DNA from: a virus
Reading direction: 5' to 3' (one strand)
Length of the DNA: 64,000 nt
Virus record (IMG/VR): IMGVR_UViG_3300036985_003303
Coordinates: 32,001 to 96,000 of that record
A program made the translations under genes and the position numbers. Shown here piece after piece: positions 55,901 to 64,000 of this stretch (positions within the stretch are counted from its first letter, which is position 1; every line of letters begins with the position of its first letter). The notes beneath the pieces were generated by a model. The model searched no databases. It had not been told where the DNA came from and was given only the letters and a program-made list of their open reading frames with translations.

Positions 55901-58900
55901 TTCTAAAGTAGATGCTAATGGAAATAGGTTAGCTGAAGGTACGTCTAATGGACAACCTGGAAGAGATGGATGGGTTACAACATCAGTAAAGATTTCTGAA
56001 AACGCTACACAAGAAGAAATAGATAATGCTACTAGGGCAGCAAGAACAAAGATGAATGCAATTTTACCAAATATTACTGATGGTAAATTTGTATTGTCTG
56101 CTGTTGACACATCTCTCAATGTTTCTGTTAAAGCTAGACCAAGTGCGGCAGCCCAAGATGATTCAACCGCAGCCCTGAAAGAATTTGAAAAAGCTAGAGA
56201 TGTTTTGTCATTCTCTAAGAAAAAGTTTCCAGGGAAAAACATGCCGTTGTATCAGTACTTGCGCATGTTGAATAATGTTAAACCGGTTGTTGGACAATTT
56301 GCTTACTACATAAATAGAAATAATACATCAGATCCTGTTGTAGAAAAGCTTGGGACTATTACAAAGTTTAACGACAACTCATTTACATTCACTGATGCTA
56401 GTGGTAAGTCAGTTACTAGAGCATTAGATTTAAAAACCATTGAGTATGCTAATCCATACTTTTTATTTAGTGAGAATGAAGTAGAAAATGAAGTGTCTTA
56501 TGATGCAGCTGAAAAACTCATTAATGACAGGAAAGAAAAGAATTTACCGCAAGTTTCTACACCTGATAATACAGCTGTAGATAAAGAAATTGCAGATGTT
56601 CTTAAACAAAGAAATGCTCTTCAAGATCAACTTAATGAAGAAGATGATGACATTGTTGAAGAAGGTGAAGAAACTGTTCAGCAGGGCACTAAGAAAGTTA
56701 AATTCTTAATGTACAAATCTACTGGTACTGGTTCAACTGCAGCTTCTGCTGGTGAGTGGGTTCCGCTATTAGCTATAGGAAAAGCTATAACTGATGAAGG
56801 TGAAGAAATAGAATGGTTTGTTAAAGCTTACCATAAGGGACAAGATCCTAAATTTAATAAATATGGCAGTTCTGTGTTTGCTGATATAGACAGAGAACTA
56901 AAAATAATGGAGCCAAATTTATTTACTGAACCTGAAAACTGGGTTACTGAACAAATTTCAAGAGATATTGAAGAAGAAACTGTGGTGGAAGAAGAAATCC
57001 CAGTAGAAGAACAAGAACCAGAAAATGAAATTCAAGCTGAAGCATCTTACCAATCTAGAACTGAAATTTTAGATGATCTTGATTCAGTAAAAAATGAAAT
57101 TGCAAAATTAGAAGTTGAGTATGATAAAGTCACTGAAGAAATAAACACAGGTAAATTATCATTGATTCAAAAAAGAAAGGCAAAAAACAAACAGAATCTT
57201 TTAGCTATTGACATCAATGACTTGTATCAACAACTAAATAATTTACAAGCCGGTTTATCTGAAATTGGTGAAGAGGCTGAAATTTTAAATAATGATGCAC
57301 AGTATGTTCCAGCTTTTGATTACAATGGAAATGAAATAATTTCTAGTGAAACTCCTTGGATGGATATTCCTCAAAGTTTAAGAAATGAATTAGCTGATTT
57401 GTTTGGTAAGGCGTTGAATAAATTAAATGATGCAGATGTTATTGCGATTAAGGCTGAAATGAAGTCTAATCCTAAATACATTTCTGTTATTTCTGCATTT
57501 TCTAAATTGAGATTAGACCAACAAGATTCTGAGTTAGGAGCTAAAGAACTAAAATTAAACAATCAAAAAGTTGAAGATGCTAAGTTGAAATTAAAACAAC
57601 AACAGCAACAAAATAGAATAGCTGCTCGTCAGGCTAAAAAACAAAAAAGAGCAGCTAGACCAAAGGTTAGTGATGAAGATATTTTAAAAAGTGTTTTAAA
57701 GGACTATGATTATTCAATCCTTTCTCCTAAAGAAATTAGTCAACTTGTAGCCAAGCTGAAAGATAAAAGCAATGCCTTAATTGATTATACTGTAAATGAT
57801 ATTTTAGCTTATATCAATAATAAAAAATTAGTACAAGCCCAGAAAGAACAAACGCTTGCAGATATAGAGCAACAGAAAGAGGAAGCTCGTGTCAACAAAC
57901 AAATCAAAGGTAATCTAGACTTCTTGATGTTGCCTGTTATACCATTTAAAACCAACTATGGCAAGGAAATAAAAATGCGTATTCCTCAGAATGGAATGGT
58001 CAAGTTTATTACTACATATCATCCTGAGATATTTACTCTACCTAGACAAGAATTTTTAGATGCAGTTAATGACATTCTAAAAAGTAGAATTACAGACATT
58101 AAGTTCTTTAACACAAAAGATTTTGGGTTTGAAAGAGGATCTAAGACTACACATTTAAAACTATATTCTTTATTTAGAAAGTTAGAAAAAGAAAAAAAGT
58201 TGTATCCTGAAGTGGTTAATAAAATCAACTTGGCTTTATACAATGCTGACAGCAAATTTAGAATTAGAGCTACGCGTTCTGGTAAAAATGCTACCATGTC
58301 TTCTATGTATGTTATTCAAAAAGTAAAATCTACAAAAAGAATAACTCCTCCTGGAGCGTATGGTGCAAGTAAAAAGATTTTAGGTTCTTATGAAGTAAAC
58401 ACAGGAAATCCTTCTGAGTTTGATTTAGAGATAGCTATTGCTATGTATTTCTTACAGGGTGGAAAAATTAAACTTAGTGCTTTAGAACAAGTATTTGGAG
58501 AAAATACGTCTGAAGTAAAAGACTGGAAAGGTGTAGCAAGTGAAACTGCTTCTAATTCAAAAGCAAGTTTCGATGGTGCGTCTATAGCAATTTTAGAATT
58601 ACAAAATTTTGATGTAACTACAACTGGAATAGATAGTACTATGGCTGCTAATGCACTTGAAGCTTTTTTAATGAAGTATTCAAGTTTATCTAATGCTGTT
58701 AGAAATTTAGTAGATCAAGTACAAAGCGATCAATCTAAAGCTGAAGATCAAAATAGAGGAATCAGTAATGAAGAAGCAGATGAAAGATTGTTTTTGCAAG
58801 AGCTAGAAGAAAAAGGAATGTCTATTGATGAAGCAGCTGAATATCTTGCTCACTTAAAGTTTTTACAAACCGAAGAAGGTCAAGAAGCATTAGAATCTGA

Positions 58901-59702
58901 AGCAAAATTATTAGATGAGTATTACAACTCTCAAGAATTTGAATTATTAAATGATGAGTTTGCAGGTGATGAAAATGATTTATCAGATGCAGGATCCGAG
59001 TTAAAAGATGTTGGTTCAGAAGAAGAAGAGGTTGAAGATGTTGAAGAAGAAACTGACACAGAATCTATATTTGAAAACAAGGATACAGAAAAACCTGAAA
59101 AAACAGAAGTTGATTTATACTTAGATGAATTAGATTCTTTGGCTTCTATTCCAACGCGAGGTGCTTTATCAAATGCAATTGAATACGCTTGGGATAATTT
59201 AAATGGAGCTAAAAAAACCGACATTGCTTTTGCAGCTGCTGTGTTTAGATTTGCAACTAGTGGTAGATTTTTAGACCAGGAAGATGAAAATGGAGTAACT
59301 ATTAAATCTAAAACAGTAGCAAGAAATGAAGCAATAATTAGAGCTAAAATATCTGAAGGTCACTACAGAGAAAAGTCTGTTCAAATTAATGGTAAAGTTT
59401 ATAGAATTGCAGGGTATCAAAAAAGAATGGTAGTGCTGCAAGATGTAAATAACTTGTCTGAGTATTTGAATTTTGAAATGGATGCATTTTTAAATGGCAT
59501 TGAAAAAGAAGTGCCTGTAAACAGTGATGTTGCAAATTTAAACATTGATTCTATTGTGAAAGTCAAAGAATTTGACTATATTAAAAGTGCTTATACTGAT
59601 ATTTTAAATAACTTTACTACCTATATGGGAGAGGCTAATTCATTATCAGAAGATAAACTCATCTCCAGTTTGAAAGAAGAAACAACAAAATGTAAAACAT
59701 AA
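49989..59702 (+). CDS. Giant (about 3.2 kaa) injected/polyvalent virion protein with zincin-like domains
   Basis: Gly/Ala-rich hydrophobic segments at about 50493-50606 and 51425-51485; YHEIFLH at 54141-54161 with a downstream EHE; a degenerate zincin-like segment at about 53220-53440. Confidence 0.7.
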   Translation: MADITKTFTDADFGDAPKPKVDADDLKFKQLADKHLEKALPKLVSVYNMGKAQDFSAKQANLAKFATYGSETYGKLGFDPYKAGGVPGVKSGMDALYDDNTSWTADTGRAWDGMWKLAGIGFQDTIGLGAFADSGNYLDFEDTMSKFSSSRGGNAGFWSNTMLSSGYTMGIIGGIAAEELALAGITALSGGTAAPGTIAAGGTLFAQGVARIKQAGNMLKFVNKLQDVKSATGFMGKAGASLKGFGKALNPLENTMDFLFTADKLKDLNGLKQTALGVGSIVRDARKITMSHGESKLEANMASKEFREKMYDDYYKNNPDMAGKPVSKEMESKIEGEAQKVHDNVYTANFGLIYATNAITFDNMLKSMRGTNRFFANAGDLFKVVKKEGGKVAVDVLKKNAWNYGRKKLGEITWQGSIKSIVSGSMEGFQELGQDVISESVKSYRERNVKGLQVRGGMMSFLENDVSKAIDKQNSGQGLSTFLSGALMGVFASPVGFASQQTQNYLFNGGVNKSYKYFADKEGYTKEKLDVESKRKEKAKVLTEFFNNSKNFVDAWSKGIYSQSELQEQILTAGESGDQKTMKNKQHESFVNGIHTLLESGMENQFADHLEYMGKNLNAQQLNEIFSRTDITEETKGQYQKKLQHQAENIKKLRGVYNEIQNTINNPIDLKSLDTSDPEYLNKYFKYRSVENLKKELLFSHSKIADRANRQKEIRTQLNNDNPLSTLEVNALLDDGDLNQQIQLLKTEVETNSKLSAYGDGAVQNQAQARAKLKAYENYQAKLTAYKTEQKNEKGSISESDTFDELFDAYNSILEVSGKNKLIDVAAQRAFNKQQFNKVFDYISLGEEGRFNQELIDTILNPVGSSAFIEGQEEMLKRLEENKEDHILSALYEFDKKTVSDDMLNDLYNNDLFFDLQELDDLLNKGLMPQEIFDIATNKQATPEQYEAAQKIINSYIKKLKGKTITNDKTQLNKQGRKLKSDKRTIAGILRQYKVKLNEPIKLSSPEGQRLLAKLMTAENKYLTKLDREILTKLGEQDVTIKFVSDNTLPVQLTDDGILELDIRFAGSDYTNSVMSFENLIVTGLTQHAITEKLKTKDDLYLAARNAMEQAKKAFASANPRANVDELSVFEDVNIFMTEAMNDLQFQKFLATVEDTVQPTSKSLWSTLSTGIGVIVQEDIDKKLANRVINIAAKALDDSIIDNISESNEESKEVKQQRATASKEQVEELNKLATELGQRWNVNVKVLASQEEADKILNSLQDPFYQKFSTIINDLLYDPLYMGFNLQKGVNEVSLKELLMSIYEKSENLSDLIANLKELAVYQTNGKVGEMVDWLVSNADNIGDGIEMVKNIFFQAEEETIAGFYDEKTNTAYIVADAVKENTLYHEIFLHPFLINLEKTNPEFYKQLVAEAKGSQEIIDYVEKNYGTEDKIGSRQFEHELVGRAYDLSVSNKLSEKKEPGLFKKMGQFIKRMLAKVAEFLTISKSDIGRFNPRKTTITDLAEYSVNSNAKVNLGKIIEAGKQAQSTEATLKPRTRKKTVKSVRTVIEEQTVNKGGDLIVLDNASDRPDIFGDFLHPEIVFGNNLAIAEWTEKLVELGQELDDARITNWAYGNIRAQVGGRLIIDVTAEIPVFVKKALQNKKANPRVIELQKEIADLDAKIQQLSNQKKTTASSPSIISADTEAKRKQILDKWNSKSAWYQKEGRLSEWYAERDKELAALGQPVSNQAEIDKIKNQIKELENQKGEVIPEPNFKGEALYFRQPSNDGSFKDMHSGKQPEASLTMVKIVVNENNPSEGSIEYVGDNTMSKLISNSPQTHLGLFAEFADTKEKLNLTTPVIKNIKKGIVRKTDTGWEIVQQPVIVFGEVTPEIKTKYFNTKIDNSAEITKLKKELAALDGQTSVSAPAAAKDQTFEVHVGGIERGYTEVSESKDKGVGDIRGLIGQQSTAQGILITKGATNSATENDRFVVLYSKVDANGNRLAEGTSNGQPGRDGWVTTSVKISENATQEEIDNATRAARTKMNAILPNITDGKFVLSAVDTSLNVSVKARPSAAAQDDSTAALKEFEKARDVLSFSKKKFPGKNMPLYQYLRMLNNVKPVVGQFAYYINRNNTSDPVVEKLGTITKFNDNSFTFTDASGKSVTRALDLKTIEYANPYFLFSENEVENEVSYDAAEKLINDRKEKNLPQVSTPDNTAVDKEIADVLKQRNALQDQLNEEDDDIVEEGEETVQQGTKKVKFLMYKSTGTGSTAASAGEWVPLLAIGKAITDEGEEIEWFVKAYHKGQDPKFNKYGSSVFADIDRELKIMEPNLFTEPENWVTEQISRDIEEETVVEEEIPVEEQEPENEIQAEASYQSRTEILDDLDSVKNEIAKLEVEYDKVTEEINTGKLSLIQKRKAKNKQNLLAIDINDLYQQLNNLQAGLSEIGEEAEILNNDAQYVPAFDYNGNEIISSETPWMDIPQSLRNELADLFGKALNKLNDADVIAIKAEMKSNPKYISVISAFSKLRLDQQDSELGAKELKLNNQKVEDAKLKLKQQQQQNRIAARQAKKQKRAARPKVSDEDILKSVLKDYDYSILSPKEISQLVAKLKDKSNALIDYTVNDILAYINNKKLVQAQKEQTLADIEQQKEEARVNKQIKGNLDFLMLPVIPFKTNYGKEIKMRIPQNGMVKFITTYHPEIFTLPRQEFLDAVNDILKSRITDIKFFNTKDFGFERGSKTTHLKLYSLFRKLEKEKKLYPEVVNKINLALYNADSKFRIRATRSGKNATMSSMYVIQKVKSTKRITPPGAYGASKKILGSYEVNTGNPSEFDLEIAIAMYFLQGGKIKLSALEQVFGENTSEVKDWKGVASETASNSKASFDGASIAILELQNFDVTTTGIDSTMAANALEAFLMKYSSLSNAVRNLVDQVQSDQSKAEDQNRGISNEEADERLFLQELEEKGMSIDEAAEYLAHLKFLQTEEGQEALESEAKLLDEYYNSQEFELLNDEFAGDENDLSDAGSELKDVGSEEEEVEDVEEETDTESIFENKDTEKPEKTEVDLYLDELDSLASIPTRGALSNAIEYAWDNLNGAKKTDIAFAAAVFRFATSGRFLDQEDENGVTIKSKTVARNEAIIRAKISEGHYREKSVQINGKVYRIAGYQKRMVVLQDVNNLSEYLNFEMDAFLNGIEKEVPVNSDVANLNIDSIVKVKEFDYIKSAYTDILNNFTTYMGEANSLSEDKLISSLKEETTKCKT
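55131..55677 (+). repeat. 19-bp direct repeat AAAGAACTAGCTGCTTTAG (55131-55149 and 55659-55677)
   Basis: Exact match read from the sequence; encodes KELAAL. Confidence 0.85.
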
Positions 59703-59707
59703 CTAGC

Positions 59708-62700
59708 ATGAATATTTGTATTACTCCGGAGTCAATTAAATTATTTGGTTCATTCATAAATAGAAAATTAGGCGAGAGGTTAACAAATGACAAATCAGGT
59801 GAAGCATTATTGAATGAATTGTTCAATGATGCTTTAACTGTTTTTAGTGGAAATGGATTAACCGCAGATAGAAATAAAGAATTGGTGCTTCAACACATGA
59901 GCATTATTCCTCAGATTGTATTAAAACATACCGCTGACAATCCAAAATTAACAAATGCAAAGTCACTACCTCTTTTTAGAGATCTTGCTTTACAAGTGAT
60001 GAATGCGGCTGAAGACGAAAACACAAATAAATTCCAAAATGTCATTGATAGATTTGGTGGGTTTATTGGAAACAATAGTGATGTTGTTGTTACAGAAGGA
60101 GATCCGCTGGAAAGATTTGAAGCAGTGTCCATGGAGTTGGCTAAGACTAGTAATCAAGAAGCCATTTATAATCCAGTTTTAAATAGTTATGCTGAGAATA
60201 TTTTAGATCCAAGAAAAGAATTGGAGTTTAAGGTTGCTCGCAATATTCTTAACAAGCAAAACGCGGCAGCACTAAAATTTAAAATTACTACACTTGGTGC
60301 AATTCAAAGTGAACAAAACTTTGATAATACTACAGGAACCACAGATCCAAACTTGCCGGTATTAATTTTAATTGATTCCAACAACAATGTAGCAACTTTT
60401 GATTCTGATGGTAATTTAAACAAGGATGGTAAGTTTGTTGCATTTACTGTAAAAACAAACAGAGAAGCTTTGCAGTATCAAGAAAGAATGATTGCAAAAA
60501 GTTTGTTGCAATCAGGAACTGTTGATTCAGAAATAAAAGCTGCAGCATTAGCAAAAGCGCAAGTTGATAAATTTGTTAAATCTTTTGAAGCATCTTTAAC
60601 TAAAGCTAAAGCAGGGACTACTGTTTTTATGAACATTGATTTATCAAGAAGTTCAATTGGCCTAGTTGCTTTAAATAGAAATATTCAAACACCGCTTACA
60701 GAAGTTTCAAATATTAGCACATCTGCTGCAGATGGCCTTACTACATTAAAACAATCACCTCAAACAAAACAGTTTTATCCTGTTTTAGCTGTACAAAATA
60801 CTAATACAGAAGAAAGAGTTTTTGGAAAACATTTATCATCTTTAGCAGAAGATGAACTAGAATTGTTGCACCATATTTTAACTACTCCTGAACTTAAAAT
60901 TAAAGACAGAGTTGTTTCAGATAAAAATTCCAACGGTTTAAGAAAAGATCTTATACATTTTTTCATTGATAGTTCTAATTTATTAAAAGATAAAACATGG
61001 CTTAATAATCCATTTGAATATTTCTATGAAGGTACAGGTAAAGATAAAGTAATGATGCTGCGGTTTTTAAATCAAAAACCAATTCCTGCATCTTCTTTGA
61101 CTTTAGAAAAATTAAAAGAATGGACTAATGCCAAATATGGAAAACCTATATACCGTAAGTTAAATGCTGAAGAACCTGCTCCAAAAAAATCATTAGAAGA
61201 AGCTTATTTAGGTGAATACTATACAGATGCTGATGGTAATTTATTTGAAGCAGCTGGATTAAGACGATCATTTGCAAATAGACTAAATGCGTCTATGGAC
61301 GATTTAATTTACATAGTTCCTTCTAAATTAGAAGATGGAGTTATTATTTTAGGTGAGCAAATTTCAATTGGTTCACATGTAATAAAACATGGTTATACAA
61401 CTATAGTACCTACGGCTGAGAATAAATTAATTGGATTAGGTTCATATCTTGCTTTTAAAGATGGGTATGAAGCTATGATAGATAATGAAGAATCTGATTT
61501 TAATTCTAGTGATTTTGACAACATTAAATGGCGTTCAGTTCCACAGAGAAATAATTTAATACAATCTACAAAGGAACAAGATAAAAGTGTGTCTGAGTGG
61601 TGGGAAAAAAGTCCATTAAGGAATGTAGTCAATGTTAATGTCTTAAACAAAGTCAGTGAGTTTGGACCAAACTATTTAGCAAATTTTATTGGCAACTCTA
61701 TTAATTTGTATCTTGGATCTTCACCTACAGATTTGTACCATGAAGCATTCCATGCTTATTTTGATGGAATATTATCACCTGCAGAAAGAAAAGAAATATA
61801 TGATACACTTAGAAAAACTCCAGGATACTTTACAGTAACTGTAGAAGGTGTGTCTAAAGTTGTGCCTTACGATGATGCAACAAATTTAGAACTTGAAGAG
61901 TTTTTAGCTGAAAAGTTTAGAGAGTTTGCTATGGCTGGTGGTAAAAAAACTACATTCAGCAACAACAAAGTAATGGCGTTTTTCCAAAAACTGCTTTCTC
62001 TTTTAAAGAATGTATTTGGAAACATGAGTTTTGCTGAAGCTAAAGCTTTTAATAAAACTCAAGGCATTACTGATGCAATGTTTACTAGATTGTTTAAAGG
62101 TGATTTTACTGCAGATATGTTCAACATAGAAAATGCAGAAACTAAATGGATGTCATCTGAAATAAAAACTACAACAGGAGATACATTTTCATTAGAAGAA
62201 ATGCATGATGTAATGTCTAGTATGAAATCAGTAATGTCTGATTTTGTTACACAAGGTTTGAATGTTTCTCAAAATGCGGTTGATAGAAAAAATGCTACAA
62301 CGTTATTGGCAAAAATGACACAGTATCCTGAGTCATCTCAGGAATATATTGAATTGGCTACTCAGTTAGAAAACATTTCTGAAACATCAATTAGAAGTGG
62401 AGCAGGTGTATTTACTTTGGTTTCTAATCCAGAGATGTTGAATCTTATGAGCAAATATATTTTAGCTCGTTTTAAACAAAAACTTGCTGAAACAAATGTT
62501 AAGCTTGATGCTATTGCGGGTATAAAAGATAAATCTGCAAGAGAATTAAGTGAAAGCACTAAATTACAATTCCAAAAAGACTTACTTGAAAAAGCAATCA
62601 AGCCTGATAATTTTGGAAAACTAACAGACCTCAATGTTATTGTCAAAGAAAAACAAAATGATGGACAACAAGTTGAAAGAACACTGCTCCCATTGTTCTT

Positions 62701-64000
62701 AAAGTCCTACAGTAATTTAGTTCTAGGTAAAGAAGTATATCAGGATGAATATGAGGCTAAGGCTTTAGAAGAAGATATTTATGTTCCAATGTGGGATAGA
62801 ACTGGTAACGATCAGTTGTTTGATGACACAATTGAAAAAGGAACTAAAGCTCTTTTAGATTCTATATTTGCTTATTCTGAACAAGGAAAAGGTGTGGTGC
62901 AATTGAATGCATTAGGTTTTAAAGAAGTTCTTCCTGTTAAAAATGCTATTGCAAAAGTGGCTAAGCTCTTGCGTAACAAGCCGGATGCTATGGACATGGC
63001 AACTGTATTAAAAGAAGCTGCAAAGAATGACAAAGAAATAGATCAAGTCTTTAGAAGACTAGGTGATATATCTGAGCTAGAGTTTGCAGATACAATGACT
63101 TCAATGGAACATCGTCAATGGTCTGATTTCTGGCAGTCATTCAATAAAGCTGATGTTTTATTGAGAGAATTTATTTTAGAAAGAGAAGACATTACAAACA
63201 TTGATGATGAAAGAACTGTTAAGTTAACGTCTAAGTCTGGAAAATCTCAATCTCAAAGTATTCAAATAGAAAGACAATGGGCCGCTAATTTTAAAACTAC
63301 AGCACTAATAGGGGAATATTCATCAACAAACAAAGAAGGTAATCCTGTATTTGACATTGAATCACTGTTAGATGATTTAGCAAATAACGAGGACCTTTAT
63401 TATGCTTTAATTGAGGGAGGCGGTAAAACATTATTAAAATCTCAATATGATCCAATTAGGTCTAAGAGTAGCCGATATTCAAGAACTCCTTATGTAAAAG
63501 CTATTGCTGATCCTTATTTGTTATTTGCAGCTCTTGGTATTGATTTAGTAGATGACTCTGATGTTAGACAAGTTTTATTTGAAGGAGATTCAACTTTAGG
63601 AACAAGCCCTGCAATCTCAACTTACATTGTTGAGGCGTTAAAAAATAGAATGAATAAAGTTGTTTTTGATGAAGAAAAAGTTCCATCTTTAGATCCAAAT
63701 GCAAAATTTATAACAAGTCTTTCAGATGTGTTCAAACCATTTATGTATTTTGATGAAACTGGTAAATTACAAACACAACCAAGTCTTACTGGTTACTTAA
63801 CACAACTTCGTGAGTTGCATTATGTTTACTCAAATGACTACACAAACTTTTCAAGTTATAATTCCAAGGGTGATCTGCAAAGTGAGAAATCATTTAATTC
63901 AAGTTTGTTAAGTTTAACAGCAGCTTTGAATAACGCTGATCACATCAATGATATAATCAACACAAAAGGACTAGAGTATTTAAACCCATATACTAATCCT
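59708..64000 (+). CDS. Giant ORF, 3'-truncated (at least 1431 aa), with a zincin HExxH domain; candidate virion RNA polymerase polyprotein
   Basis: ATG 59708 (MNICITPESIKLFG...). I found no stop in my manual translation of most of this frame, which ends ...LEYLNPYTNP at 64000. HEAFH at 61739-61753, EEFLAE at 61895-61912. Confidence 0.75.
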   Translation, partial: MNICITPESIKLFGSFINRKLGERLTNDKSGEALLNELFNDALTVFSGNGLTADRNKELVLQHMSIIPQIVLKHTADNPKLTNAKSLPLFRDLALQVMNAAEDENTNKFQNVIDRFGGFIGNNSDVVVTEGDPLERFEAVSMELAKTSNQEAIYNPVLNSYAENILDPRKELEFKVARNILNKQNAAALKFKITTLGAIQSEQNFDNTTGTTDPNLPVLILIDSNNNVATFDSDGNLNKDGKFVAFTVKTNREALQYQERMIAKSLLQSGTVDSEIKAAALAKAQVDKFVKSFEASLTKAKAGTTVFMNIDLSRSSIGLVALNRNIQTPLTEVSNISTSAADGLTTLKQSPQTKQFYPVLAVQNTNTEERVFGKHLSSLAEDELELLHHILTTPELKIKDRVVSDKNSNGLRKDLIHFFIDSSNLLKDKTWLNNPFEYFYEGTGKDKVMMLRFLNQKPIPASSLTLEKLKEWTNAKYGKPIYRKLNAEEPAPKKSLEEAYLGEYYTDADGNLFEAAGLRRSFANRLNASMDDLIYIVPSKLEDGVIILGEQISIGSHVIKHGYTTIVPTAENKLIGLGSYLAFKDGYEAMIDNEESDFNSSDFDNIKWRSVPQRNNLIQSTKEQDKSVSEWWEKSPLRNVVNVNVLNKVSEFGPNYLANFIGNSINLYLGSSPTDLYHEAFHAYFDGILSPAERKEIYDTLRKTPGYFTVTVEGVSKVVPYDDATNLELEEFLAEKFREFAMAGGKKTTFSNNKVMAFFQKLLSLLKNVFGNMSFAEAKAFNKTQGITDAMFTRLFKGDFTADMFNIENAETKWMSSEIKTTTGDTFSLEEMHDVMSSMKSVMSDFVTQGLNVSQNAVDRKNATTLLAKMTQYPESSQEYIELATQLENISETSIRSGAGVFTLVSNPEMLNLMSKYILARFKQKLAETNVKLDAIAGIKDKSARELSESTKLQFQKDLLEKAIKPDNFGKLTDLNVIVKEKQNDGQQVERTLLPLFLKSYSNLVLGKEVYQDEYEAKALEEDIYVPMWDRTGNDQLFDDTIEKGTKALLDSIFAYSEQGKGVVQLNALGFKEVLPVKNAIAKVAKLLRNKPDAMDMATVLKEAAKNDKEIDQVFRRLGDISELEFADTMTSMEHRQWSDFWQSFNKADVLLREFILEREDITNIDDERTVKLTSKSGKSQSQSIQIERQWAANFKTTALIGEYSSTNKEGNPVFDIESLLDDLANNEDLYYALIEGGGKTLLKSQYDPIRSKSSRYSRTPYVKAIADPYLLFAALGIDLVDDSDVRQVLFEGDSTLGTSPAISTYIVEALKNRMNKVVFDEEKVPSLDPNAKFITSLSDVFKPFMYFDETGKLQTQPSLTGYLTQLRELHYVYSNDYTNFSSYNSKGDLQSEKSFNSSLLSLTAALNNADHINDIINTKGLEYLNPYTNP

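Noticed and set aside
192-62646. All minus-strand ORFs in the track (for example 14557..14910, 18013..18426, 53246..53599, 55898..56242)
   Set aside because: They lie antisense to long, motif-bearing + strand genes, are rich in S/F/L as expected of shadow frames, and have no recognisable motifs.
1-64000. Stop-codon reassignment, as in some gut crAss-like phages
   Set aside because: Large conserved genes (TerL, portal, MCP, muzzle, giants) are intact in code 11, and TAA, TAG and TGA all terminate genes at tight junctions.
1-64000. tRNA, rRNA or structured ncRNA genes
   Set aside because: Intergenic gaps are at most about 130 nt and are accounted for by terminators and promoters; no cloverleaf or T-loop signature was seen.

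Overview
This is a 64-kb piece of a large, AT-rich tailed-phage genome. Every credible gene is on the + strand, and genes are tightly packed with frequent TAATG/ATGA stop-start overlaps. Gene content and order match the late (virion morphogenesis) region of a crAss-like (Crassvirales-related) phage. The order is GroES-like co-chaperonin, fibre/RBP genes, holins and amidase endolysin, HU-like and PD-(D/E)xK nuclease genes, TerL, portal, scaffold, MCP, ring/tail proteins, a Cys-rich and collagen-containing fibre block, the muzzle protein, and large cargo proteins. It ends in a 3.2-kaa zincin-containing giant and a second giant ORF (59708 to beyond 64000, absent from the ORF track) that is a candidate virion RNA polymerase polyprotein. 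A-rich, Shine-Dalgarno-free starts and TAnnTTTG-type elements point to a Bacteroidota host (inference). The most unusual items are: an LCIB/theta-type carbonic-anhydrase-like gene with its putative Zn ligands intact inside the structural operon; a Dps/ferritin-like gene nearby; six tiny coupled ORFs, five strongly basic; a cargo protein punctuated by [YF]GG motifs that suggest polyprotein processing; and a 10-kb Cys-rich/collagen block. Family assignments come from motif recognition by eye, not database searches. I saw no tRNA, rRNA, CRISPR array or IS element.
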